A stretch of DNA of 64,000 bases from an uncultured Verrucomicrobiae bacterium (lineage in GTDB: Bacteria > Verrucomicrobiota > Verrucomicrobiia > Opitutales > Opitutaceae), in the NCBI GenBank assembly GCA_963827125.1, contig CAWHAC010000015.1:31061-95060 (forward strand), in the 5' to 3' direction. A program made the translations under genes and the position numbers. Below the pieces are notes generated by a model. That model had not been told where the DNA came from, made no database searches, and saw only the letters and a program-made list of their open reading frames with translations. Below are positions 56,162 to 64,000 of this stretch, one piece after another; positions within the stretch are counted from its first letter, which is position 1, and each line of letters starts with the position of its first letter.

Positions 56162-57721
56162 TCACTCCTTGCTCAGCTCGACGTGGTGGCGTTCGAGCGT
56201 GATGCCGGTCTCGTGTTCATAGGTCGCGGCGGCGCGCCGCTGGTCGGCAAGCGCCCCGTTGTAGGCGGACTCGGCGATCATGAGGAGGTTTTGATCCTGC
56301 AGGACGGTGAAGGTGTTGCTGCTGCCGGCGCGGAGCTTTTTGAGCTCGGCGTTGACCGTCTTCTGCGAAAGATCGAGCGCGAGGCGGGCCGCCTCGACCC
56401 GCTTCCGAGTTGTCTCGACCTGGCCGGCCGCGGCGGTCACGCTCAATGCGATCTGCTCCTTGAGGAGCTCCAGGCTCTCCTCGTCGTGCTTCCTCTGAAG
56501 TTTGGCGGCGCGCGCATTGCCCCTGCCCTGAGCAAAGGTCAGTGGAATGGTCACACTCACGCCGGCATAATATGACCGGTTGTCCTGGTCTGCGACCATG
56601 CTGCGGCTCGTTGTGAAATCCGGGGAGAGTCCGGTGAACCCGTAGTTGCCGACGAAATCCACCTCGGGCAGCAGCTGGTTGCGGGCGTAGGCGGCGTTAT
56701 AGCGGCTCTTGTCGAGCGTGAACCGGGCCTGCTGGAAGTCGGGGCGCAGCTCATAGCACCTCCTCAGATCCTCGGAGACATTCAACACCACGGACGGCTG
56801 GTCCGGCGGATCGATGGCGAGCAGGGGGCCCTCGTTGGCAAACGTGCTCTGGCCGAGGAGAAGGCGCAGCTGATTGTCGGCGTCGCGGACGGCCTGCTGC
56901 CCGGAGAGAATCTGTTCCTCGGACGTGGCGACGTTGGCGAGGGCGGAGGTCACGTCGTTCTCCGACATGGTTCCCACCTTGACCCGTTTCCGGTTATCGT
57001 CGACCAGGCCGGCAGCCAGATCCCGGGAGCGTTGGATCGTCTTCAGGTTCGCCTGGGCGGCGGCGAGGTCGCTGTAGGCAACCACCACGTTGGTAATTGT
57101 GTCGATGACCGTCTGGCGGTACTGCCATTCGGAGATGCCCCGGTTGGCCCTGGCCACCCGCAGGCCGAGATTGAGCGTGCTGCCTGAGAATCCAAAGCCC
57201 CGCAGCAGAGGTTGCGTGATCTGCACGGTGCCGTTCGTCAGGAAATTGTTGGTGAACCCGTTGTAGGTGCCCCGCTGGTTGATCGCGGTGCCTCCGAACG
57301 AGTATTGGGTGCCCCAGGGCATGGAACCGCCCAGGGAGACGCTGTAACTGTCGGTCTGGATGAGCTCGGCGGATGGAAGGAACCCATTGCTGGCCGAGGG
57401 CAGGGACGGGTTGTAGTACTCGTTGTAGCTCCGGGCGAAGTTGATCGATGGATCGAAGGCGCCATAGGCCGCCAGCAGGTTCGCCCTGCCAACGCCCCGG
57501 GTGAAGACGTCCACCTTGATGCTGTGGTTGTTCAGGAGGGCCAGGCGGATTGCTTCTTCCAGGGAAAGGCGTGCGGAGGATTCCTGCGCCGCGAGCCCGG
57601 CGGCCATGACGGCCAACGCGGGGAGCGCCGGCCAGAACAGGCGGAGCCATCGCGGAGGCCCGACCCTGGAGGACAGCCGGCCGCCTGCGCAGGGACCATG
57701 AATGGCTAGAGATTGGTTCAT
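56162..57721 (-). CDS. TolC-family outer membrane efflux protein
   Basis: Signal peptide, then LSLEEAIRLALLNNHSIK and two OEP repeats. It is the last gene of the ABC efflux operon. Confidence 0.8.
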   Translation of the reverse strand: MNQSLAIHGPCAGGRLSSRVGPPRWLRLFWPALPALAVMAAGLAAQESSARLSLEEAIRLALLNNHSIKVDVFTRGVGRANLLAAYGAFDPSINFARSYNEYYNPSLPSASNGFLPSAELIQTDSYSVSLGGSMPWGTQYSFGGTAINQRGTYNGFTNNFLTNGTVQITQPLLRGFGFSGSTLNLGLRVARANRGISEWQYRQTVIDTITNVVVAYSDLAAAQANLKTIQRSRDLAAGLVDDNRKRVKVGTMSENDVTSALANVATSEEQILSGQQAVRDADNQLRLLLGQSTFANEGPLLAIDPPDQPSVVLNVSEDLRRCYELRPDFQQARFTLDKSRYNAAYARNQLLPEVDFVGNYGFTGLSPDFTTSRSMVADQDNRSYYAGVSVTIPLTFAQGRGNARAAKLQRKHDEESLELLKEQIALSVTAAAGQVETTRKRVEAARLALDLSQKTVNAELKKLRAGSSNTFTVLQDQNLLMIAESAYNGALADQRRAAATYEHETGITLERHHVELSKE

Positions 57722-57732
57722 CTAAAATCAGT

Positions 57733-57764
57733 GATCGGAAATCGAAAATCGCAGGTCGGAAATC
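57733..57764 (-). repeat. Short repeat block. On the minus strand it reads GATTTCCGACCTGCGATTTTCGATTTCCGATC.
   Basis: It fills most of the 41-nt spacer between the orphan ATPase and tolC. It contains TCGGAAATC twice, 21 nt apart, and the 12-mer ATCGAAAATCGC (57741-57752), which is the inverse of 58482-58493. Confidence 0.6.
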
Positions 57765-58428
57765 ACCTGATGATCATGCCGTCGGCCAGGCGCACGACTC
57801 GCGAGCCGAATGCGGCATTCTCGGTGGAATGCGTCACCTGGACAATCGTGACCCCATCCTCCTGGTTGAGTTTTTTGAAGAGCTGCATGATCTCGCGGCC
57901 CTGGTCGGAGTGGAGGTTCCCGGTGGGCTCGTCCGCCAGGATGAGCTGCGGTCTGGCCACGAGGGCGCGTGCCACGCCGACGAGCTGCTGCTGGCCTCCC
58001 GAAAGCTGGTTCGGATACAAATCCCTCTTCGCGACGATGTGGAAGCGGTCGAGCGTGTCGCAGACGATGCTCTCGCGCTGTTTCTTGGGCACGTCGCGAT
58101 AGCTGAGCGGGATCTCCAGATTCTCGTAGACCGTGAGATCGTCGAGCAGATGGTAGCTCTGGAAGATGAAACCGATGCTCTTTTTCTGCAGATCGAACCG
58201 CTTCTTTCTGTCCATTTTGTGGACGGCCTCCCCGGCGAACCAATACTCGCCGTCCCAGGCTCCGTCGTGCAGGCCGAGCACGTGCAGAAGCGTCGACTTG
58301 CCCGAGCCCGAGGGACCCATGACGGACACAAACTCACCTTCGTTGATTTCGAGATCAACGTTGCGGAGCGCGTAGAACGGCCCGCCCTTGAGGGGATAGA
58401 CGCGGTTGATGCTTCGGAGGGTGATCAT
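57763..58428 (-). CDS. ABC transporter ATP-binding protein (MacB/LolD-type), orphan second copy
   Basis: [11 protein letters not shown] is Walker A, LSGGQQQ the signature, and [12 protein letters not shown] Walker B. Start at MITLRSINRVY. The upstream 104 codons of the ORF are not ATPase-like. Confidence 0.85.
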   Translation of the reverse strand: MITLRSINRVYPLKGGPFYALRNVDLEINEGEFVSVMGPSGSGKSTLLHVLGLHDGAWDGEYWFAGEAVHKMDRKKRFDLQKKSIGFIFQSYHLLDDLTVYENLEIPLSYRDVPKKQRESIVCDTLDRFHIVAKRDLYPNQLSGGQQQLVGVARALVARPQLILADEPTGNLHSDQGREIMQLFKKLNQEDGVTIVQVTHSTENAAFGSRVVRLADGMIIR

Positions 58429-58736
58429 GGCGGGGATTCGAGGATGCGGTTTTTGGGTTGTGCGGCCGGAGAGGATGGGCGGCGATTTTCGATCAAGAGA
58501 TTCTCCTCCTTGCGGCGCGGTTTTGCATGAGCTATGCCATCGGGCCGAGGAATCCATAACCTGTTGATCGCCAGAGCAAGAATCAATAGGAAGGGACTTT
58601 TGGGCGGATGGAACTGCCCGTCTTCGGAACAGCTCCGTCCCATTTTTGGGAAATGGGCGGAGTGAGGAGGCGGGCGCTGAGCATGCGGCGGCCGCGTCGG
58701 CGGCAGGAGGCGCGCAGGCCGGCAGGCGGCCTGGAT

Positions 58737-59945
58737 TCACTCGTAGCGGAGCGCCTCGATCGGGTCGAGCTGGGCGGCTTTGCGGGCCGGATAATAGCCG
58801 AAGAACACGCCGACAGCCGCGCTGAATCCTACCGCCCCGACCACCGAGGTCGAGGAAACCAGGATCGGCCAGCCGGTCTTGATGGAGACCAATTCCGACC
58901 CGCCGACGCCGAGGAGAATGCCGATCATGCCGCCCAGCGAGCTGAGAATCACGGCCTCGATCAGGAATTGCAGCAGCACGTCGCGGCCGTGCGCGCCCAC
59001 GGCGAGCCGGATGCCGATCTCGCGCGTGCGCTCGGTCACGCTCACCAGCATGATGTTCATGATGCCGATGCCGCCGACGATCAGGGAGACGCCGGCGATA
59101 CAGCCGAGCAGAATGGTCATGGTCCTCGCAGCTTCCGTTTGCGCCTCGGCGAATTCAATCTGGTTGCGCACGGTAAAATCCTGCTCGCGGCCCTTGCGGC
59201 GCTGCATCAACAGATCGGTGATGTCCTGCTGAACCTTGTCGATCGCCCCGGCGCTGGCGGCCTGCACGAGGATCGAATTGATGTTCTGGTGGTGGGACAC
59301 GCGCTTCAGGTGGCTGGAGTACGGAATCACAACGGTGTCATCCTGGTCCTGGCCGAAGAGGTTGAAGCCTTTTGGGGCGAGCACGCCGACGACCTTGAAC
59401 GGGATGTTGCGGATGCGGACCGTCTTGCCGAGCGGGTCGCCATCCGGGAAAAGCTGGTCGACGACGGTCTTCCCCAACACTGCCACCTTGGCGACGCTGC
59501 GCACGTCCTGGTCGGTGAACATCGCGCCTTCGCCCATCGGCCAGCTGCGGATTTGGGGATAGTCGGGCGACTCGCCCATGATCTGGGTGTTCCAGTTGAG
59601 ACCGTTGGCCAGCACCTGGGCGCGGTCCCGCACCTCTGAGGTGACGGCGATCACGTTGGAGATTTCGCGCTTGATGGCGTCCGCGTCGTCCACAGTGAGC
59701 GTGGAGGCGCTGCCCCAGCCGCTGCGCATGCCGCCGCTGACGAAGCTGCCCGGGAAGACCGTGATGACATTCTCGCCCAAGCTGGCGATTCTGGCCTCGA
59801 CGTCGGCCTTGGCGCCGTTGCCGATGCTGACCATCGCGATGACCGCGGCGACGCCGATGATGATGCCCAGGGCCGTGAGGATGGAGCGCATGGCGTTGCG
59901 CCTCAGCGCGCGCAGGGCGACCTTGATGGTGTTGAATGCGCGCAT
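58737..59945 (-). CDS. ABC transporter permease, MacB/FtsX-like
   Basis: MRAFNTIKVALRALRRNAMRSILTALGIIIGVAAV, then a MacB periplasmic domain and a C-terminal FtsX domain (...ARKAAQLDPIEALRYE). Confidence 0.85.
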   Translation of the reverse strand: MRAFNTIKVALRALRRNAMRSILTALGIIIGVAAVIAMVSIGNGAKADVEARIASLGENVITVFPGSFVSGGMRSGWGSASTLTVDDADAIKREISNVIAVTSEVRDRAQVLANGLNWNTQIMGESPDYPQIRSWPMGEGAMFTDQDVRSVAKVAVLGKTVVDQLFPDGDPLGKTVRIRNIPFKVVGVLAPKGFNLFGQDQDDTVVIPYSSHLKRVSHHQNINSILVQAASAGAIDKVQQDITDLLMQRRKGREQDFTVRNQIEFAEAQTEAARTMTILLGCIAGVSLIVGGIGIMNIMLVSVTERTREIGIRLAVGAHGRDVLLQFLIEAVILSSLGGMIGILLGVGGSELVSIKTGWPILVSSTSVVGAVGFSAAVGVFFGYYPARKAAQLDPIEALRYE

Positions 59946-59947
59946 GG

Positions 59948-60712
59948 CTAGGCGGAGGTCAGTTTTGCCGCGGCCTCGGCCTCTCTCAGCCGTTTCATCT
60001 CCACGTCCGCGCTGAGACGATCCGGCACCAGTTCGTCGCGCACCAGGCGGCCGTCGCGCAGGATGAGGTTGCGCTTGCAATAGCGGGCGATGTCGAGCTC
60101 GTGCGTCACCATGACGATCGTGATGCCCTGTTCGTTGAGCTTCTGGAACACGCCCATCACCTCGACGGAGGTCTTGCTGTCGAGGTTGCCGGTCGGCTCG
60201 TCGGCCAGCAGGATCTCCGGGTCGTTGGCGAGCGCGCGGGCGATGGCGACGCGCTGCTGCTGGCCGCCGGAAAGCTGGTTGGGAAAATGATCAGCGCGAT
60301 CGGAGAGGCCCACGATCTCCAGGCTGTGCAGCGCCCGCTCGCGCATGGCCCGCGACGAGCGGCGCTGCCTGCCATACATCATCGGCAGTTCCGTGTTTTC
60401 CAGCGCGGTGGTGCGGGCGAGCAGGTTGAAGCCCTGGAACACGAATCCGATCTTCTGGTTGCGGATGTCGGCGAGCTCGTTGCGGTCGAGCTGGGAGACG
60501 TCGATCCCGTCGAGCAGGTAGCGGCCGCGCGTCGGGCGGTCGAGGCAGCCGAGCAGGTTCATGAGGGTGGACTTGCCGGAGCCGCTCGCGCCCATGAGCG
60601 CCACGAACTCACCGCGGTGAATCTCGATCGAGACCCCGCGCACGGCATGCACGGGAATCTCGCCGGAGTCGTAGATCTTGTGGATCTCCTCGATTTTGAC
60701 GACGGCGGCCAT
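59948..60712 (-). CDS. ABC transporter ATP-binding protein, MacB-type
   Basis: [27 protein letters not shown] and [11 protein letters not shown]. Confidence 0.9.
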   Translation of the reverse strand: MAAVVKIEEIHKIYDSGEIPVHAVRGVSIEIHRGEFVALMGASGSGKSTLMNLLGCLDRPTRGRYLLDGIDVSQLDRNELADIRNQKIGFVFQGFNLLARTTALENTELPMMYGRQRRSSRAMRERALHSLEIVGLSDRADHFPNQLSGGQQQRVAIARALANDPEILLADEPTGNLDSKTSVEVMGVFQKLNEQGITIVMVTHELDIARYCKRNLILRDGRLVRDELVPDRLSADVEMKRLREAEAAAKLTSA

Positions 60713-60739
60713 GGGAGGCGGGAGCGGAGCGGACGAGGT

Positions 60740-62161
60740 TCAGAACCGGCGCGGGCCGCCCGCAAAGGGATTGCCGGCCGCGGGAGCCGCGGCGGCGGTG
60801 GACTTGCCGGGCAGGGTGGCGCTCGTGACGATGACATCGCCGTCCTTCAGGCCGTCGACCACCTCGGTATAAATGCCGTCGGTGATGCCCAGTTTGACGC
60901 GGACGGCCTCCAGCACGGCGGTCTTCGTATCCGCGCCGACCAGTTTATAAACGGTGCGGGTCGTCACGGCACCGCTGCTCCCGTTGCTGGCGCGGCCTCC
61001 GCCAAACCGGCTGAAGTCGATGTCAATTCCGCGTTCCTTGGCCAGTTGCTGGGCTTTTTGCAAAACGTCTGGTGAAGGAGGGCCGTTGCCCCAGGTAAAA
61101 CCGACCTCTTGCATGATCTGCCGCACCGCGGCGCGCCGCTGCTCATCGGTCATGGATTTTGCGGCCGCGGCGGGGGCGCCGGCGGAGGCTTCTGCCGTGC
61201 TCGCGGCTGGCGCGGGCTTCGGCAGCAGTTCGTCGGGAATGCGCGCGCGCAGGGCGCTGTTGGCGAAGCGGAGGGTGTTGATGCGTTCGGCGATGATAAT
61301 CGAGATGTTAGCCGTCATGCCGGGGCGGAGCTTGAGATCGGGGTTGTTGACGTCGATGATCGTCTGGTAGATGACGACGTTTTGCTGCGTCTGCGGAGCG
61401 TTGCGGATCAGGCTGACGCGACCGTGGAACTGCTGGTTGGGAAACGCGTCGACCGTGAAGTTGACCGTCTGGTCGACCTTCACATTGCCGATGTCGGCTT
61501 CCGCCACCGCGCCGATGATCTGCATTTTCGTCAGGTCGTTTGCGATCATGAAAAGGGTGGGGGCGCTGAGGCTGGCGGCGACCGTGTTGCCAACGTCGAC
61601 CTGCCGGGAGACGACCACGCCGTCAATGGGAGAGAAGATGTCGCAATGGGCGAGATTCACCTTGGCCAGATCCAGCGACGCGCTCTGGATCTTCACCTGC
61701 GCATCGGCCTGAAGCAGCTGGGCCTCGGCGGTGTCAAGGTCGGACTGGGCGACGAGACTCTTCTTGAAGAGCTCCCGGGTGCGTTCGGTGTTCACCCGCG
61801 TGAGTTCGTAGTTGGCTTTCGCGTTGGCGAGCTGGCCCTCGGCCTGGAGAACATTCGCCTTGTAGATCGCGGGATCAATCTGGGCGATAAGCTGGCCCTC
61901 CTTGACCGGCGAATTCCAGTCCACGTAGAGCTTGGAGATGATGCCGGAGATCTGGCATCCCACATTGACGTCGAGCACCGGTTCGATGTCGCCGGTGGCC
62001 GTGACCACCTGGACGACATCACCGCGCGCAGCGGTGACCCAGATGTATTCCGGCGTCTTTTCGGAGCCGCGGCGCCAGAAATACCACCCGCCGGCGGCGA
62101 CGGCGGCGGCGGCGGCCACGAGGAGAGCTTTCCCAACACTGAAACGAGAAGACGAGGCCAT
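60740..62161 (-). CDS. macA: Efflux periplasmic adaptor (MacA/HlyD family) with an Ala/Pro-rich insert
   Basis: Has an N-terminal TM segment, CQISGIISKLYVDWNSPVKEGQLIAQIDP, a coiled coil, and IFSPIDGVVVSRQV. Confidence 0.85.
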   Translation of the reverse strand: MASSSRFSVGKALLVAAAAAVAAGGWYFWRRGSEKTPEYIWVTAARGDVVQVVTATGDIEPVLDVNVGCQISGIISKLYVDWNSPVKEGQLIAQIDPAIYKANVLQAEGQLANAKANYELTRVNTERTRELFKKSLVAQSDLDTAEAQLLQADAQVKIQSASLDLAKVNLAHCDIFSPIDGVVVSRQVDVGNTVAASLSAPTLFMIANDLTKMQIIGAVAEADIGNVKVDQTVNFTVDAFPNQQFHGRVSLIRNAPQTQQNVVIYQTIIDVNNPDLKLRPGMTANISIIIAERINTLRFANSALRARIPDELLPKPAPAASTAEASAGAPAAAAKSMTDEQRRAAVRQIMQEVGFTWGNGPPSPDVLQKAQQLAKERGIDIDFSRFGGGRASNGSSGAVTTRTVYKLVGADTKTAVLEAVRVKLGITDGIYTEVVDGLKDGDVIVTSATLPGKSTAAAAPAAGNPFAGGPRRF

Positions 62162-62320
62162 GAGATTAAAGCGGAAGATTCAATGCTGACCGTGGCCGAG
62201 GCAAGACCAGCGTGGCTGATGATCGCGGAGCTGGAGAGCGGCACGTCAGCAGATCCAATGACGTGCGGCCTGCGGGAAAGTAACAGCGCCGGCGCCCTTC
62301 CGCCGCCGGAGGCCCCTGGT

Positions 62321-62803
62321 TCAGGCGAACCCGTAGGCGGCGCGCAGGGCTGCGGCCACATTGGCGGGCACGAACTTCCCAACATCGCCGCCGAACTTGC
62401 TGACCTGTTTCACAAGATGGGAGCTGGTGTAGCTATAATCCTCGTTGGGCATGACGTAGATCGTTTCGACCGCCGGCTGCAGGTGGCGGTTCATCAGCGC
62501 CATGTTGAACTCGAACTCGAAATCCGACAGGGCGCGCAGCCCGCGGATGATGGCCACCGCGCGTTGTTCCATGGCGAAGTCGACCAACAGTCCCCGGAAG
62601 ATGGTCGCCGAGACGTTGGGGAAACGGGCGATGTTCGGCCGGATCAAGCCGAGGCGTTGTTCGGCGGAGAACAGCGGCCCCTTGTCGGAGCTGTCGGCGA
62701 TGGAGACCAACACGTGATCAAAGAGGCGCGCGGCGCGCTCCAGCACGTCGAGGTGTCCGTTGGTGATGGGATCAAAGGTGCCCGGATAGATGCACAGTCT
62801 CAT
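62321..62803 (-). CDS. coaD: Phosphopantetheine adenylyltransferase
   Basis: IYPGTFDPITNGHLDVLERA and IIRGLRALSDFEFE. Confidence 0.95.
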   Translation of the reverse strand: MRLCIYPGTFDPITNGHLDVLERAARLFDHVLVSIADSSDKGPLFSAEQRLGLIRPNIARFPNVSATIFRGLLVDFAMEQRAVAIIRGLRALSDFEFEFNMALMNRHLQPAVETIYVMPNEDYSYTSSHLVKQVSKFGGDVGKFVPANVAAALRAAYGFA

Positions 62804-62996
62804 GGCAGGTGTCTGGCGCTGGCCGGCGGTGCCGGCGGCGCGCCGCGAAGCGCCAGTTAGAGGCAGGAGGGGATCCAGGGCAAGCGAGACCGAACGGGAT
62901 TTTAGGTTTGGCCCCGGGTGCGTTCACGAGGAAGGGCCCGGCGGCTGGCCCGTAATCTCCATCCTTGCCTGGGGCAGCTCGAACAGTGCATACTTT

Positions 62997-63626
62997 GTGG
63001 CCGTGCTGCGCCGATTAAACCTGCCCAACGTGCTGACCCTGATCCGCCTGCCGCTGACGTTTGCCATCGTCGCGCTCATGTACGGCACGTGGCCTTGGGC
63101 GGCGACTCTCGCCTGCGGGCTCTTTATCGCGGCGGCGATCACCGACTGGCTCGATGGCAAATTCGCGCGGGAACGCAACATCGTGTCCGATTTCGGCAAG
63201 TTCATGGACGCGCTGGCGGACAAGGTGCTCGTGCTCGGCGTGATGGTGGCGCTGCTCGACCTCAATTACCTGAATCCGGTGCCCGGGGTGGTGGGGATGC
63301 TGATCGTGCTGACGGTCCTGACCCGGGAGTTCATGGTTTCAGGGTTGCGCATGATGGCGGCGATGCGCGGCGTGGTGATGGCTGCGGAGCAGGCGGGGAA
63401 GGTGAAGACAATCGTCCAGATGGTGTCGCTGGGATGCCTGCTCGGGGAGCCGATGTTCAGCCGTGATTTTGCGCCGCGTTGGGGATCATGGTGCGGAGGG
63501 GCTGCGCAGTTTGTTCATTGGGTCGGTCTCGTGCTGTTGTTCGTGTCCATGTGGTTCATGGTATCATCGATGGTGAGCTACTACCGGAAGTACCGGCACG
63601 TGCTTTTTGACGCTCCGGGATCGTGA
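62997..63626 (+). CDS. pgsA: CDP-diacylglycerol--glycerol-3-phosphate 3-phosphatidyltransferase
   Basis: Contains the CDP-alcohol phosphatidyltransferase motif DWLDGKFARERNIVSDFGKFMDALADK. A GTG start at 62997 or 63003 is proposed. The upstream part of the 62790 ORF overlaps coaD and is not PgsA-like. Confidence 0.85.
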   Translation: MAVLRRLNLPNVLTLIRLPLTFAIVALMYGTWPWAATLACGLFIAAAITDWLDGKFARERNIVSDFGKFMDALADKVLVLGVMVALLDLNYLNPVPGVVGMLIVLTVLTREFMVSGLRMMAAMRGVVMAAEQAGKVKTIVQMVSLGCLLGEPMFSRDFAPRWGSWCGGAAQFVHWVGLVLLFVSMWFMVSSMVSYYRKYRHVLFDAPGS

Positions 63627-64000
63627 AGCTCGAACAACCGATCTGGCCGCGTTTTCTCTCTTCGAGGCTCGTCCTGGCGCTGGCTACGCTGGGTTCCCTC
63701 GGGCGGGGCCGCCGTGCCCCGGGCACCTGGGGATCCGCGGCCGGGCTGCTCTATTTCACGGTGTTCTTCTGGCCGCTGCCCGGCTTCTGGCCGGCGCTGT
63801 TCAGCCTCCCGGGCCTCTACCTCGCGGTGGCGCTCTGCGGCGAGGCCGAGTTCCGCATCGGCCGGCGCGATCCGGGCGAGGTGATCCTGGATGAATTCGC
63901 GGTCATGCCCCTGTGTTTTCTCGACTGGCGGGCGGTTGTGCGGGTCCTGCCGTCCTGGGCGGCGCCCTGGGCGGTTTTCGTCGCCGGTTTCCTTCTATTC
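63623..64000 (+). CDS. pgpA: Phosphatidylglycerophosphatase A (partial; continues off the window)
   Basis: Not in the ORF track because the ORF leaves the window. My own translation from the GTG at 63623 gives VKLEQPIWPRFLSSRLVLALATLGSLGRGRRAPGTWGSAAGLLYF...RDPGEVILDEFAVMPL. The start overlaps the pgsA stop. Confidence 0.8.
   Translation, partial: MKLEQPIWPRFLSSRLVLALATLGSLGRGRRAPGTWGSAAGLLYFTVFFWPLPGFWPALFSLPGLYLAVALCGEAEFRIGRRDPGEVILDEFAVMPLCFLDWRAVVRVLPSWAAPWAVFVAGFLLF

Overview
High-GC bacterial chromosomal segment, roughly two-thirds G+C by eye. I found about 50 protein genes and no rRNA, tRNA or CRISPR array. The phylum cannot be fixed without a database search; the gene content fits a soil or freshwater Gram-negative such as Verrucomicrobia or Acidobacteria (inference only).

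Gene content, left to right:
- A giant fused acyl-CoA-dehydratase-activase-like gene that runs off the left edge and is missing from the ORF track.
- An MbfA-like ferritin/VIT1 gene, then a truncated M16 peptidase next to a lower-GC membrane gene.
- rpsP-trmD-rplS, tkt, nadK and tlyA.
- A same-strand run of secreted or envelope genes: GH78 rhamnosidase, a YXWGXW-repeat protein, a TMTC-like GT-C/TPR protein, and a sedolisin with Ig-like and DUF4214 repeats.
- gmk, a GH3 glycosidase, an IMPase-family gene and a beta-CASP MBL hydrolase.
- Two adjacent insertion sequences: an intact IS701-family element and a frameshifted IS110-family element.
- apaG-hflX, nrdR, and a pabA / folP-folB-folK folate cluster in which folP carries a 1-nt frameshift.
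- tgt, a TonB-dependent receptor with a methyltransferase, and an MdtABC-OMF RND efflux operon followed by an IS4-type transposase relic.
- A UDP-glucuronate decarboxylase gene, a MacAB-TolC type ABC efflux operon with an extra orphan ATPase, then coaD, pgsA and pgpA (partial, off the right edge).

Most long ORFs in the track that lie antisense to these genes are high-GC artefacts.

Most interesting signals:
- The IS110 element has a ~300-nt hairpin-rich 5' leader, a candidate bridge RNA. It abuts the IS701 inverted repeat and is bracketed by hairpins that share a 12-mer.
- A family of short GTTTCCCG / ATTTCCGA-type repeats occurs only in intergenic DNA, including inverted 12-mers that flank the orphan ABC ATPase.
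- The sedolisin / TMTC-like / YXWGXW neighbourhood may be a functional module.
- folP carries a single-nucleotide frameshift.
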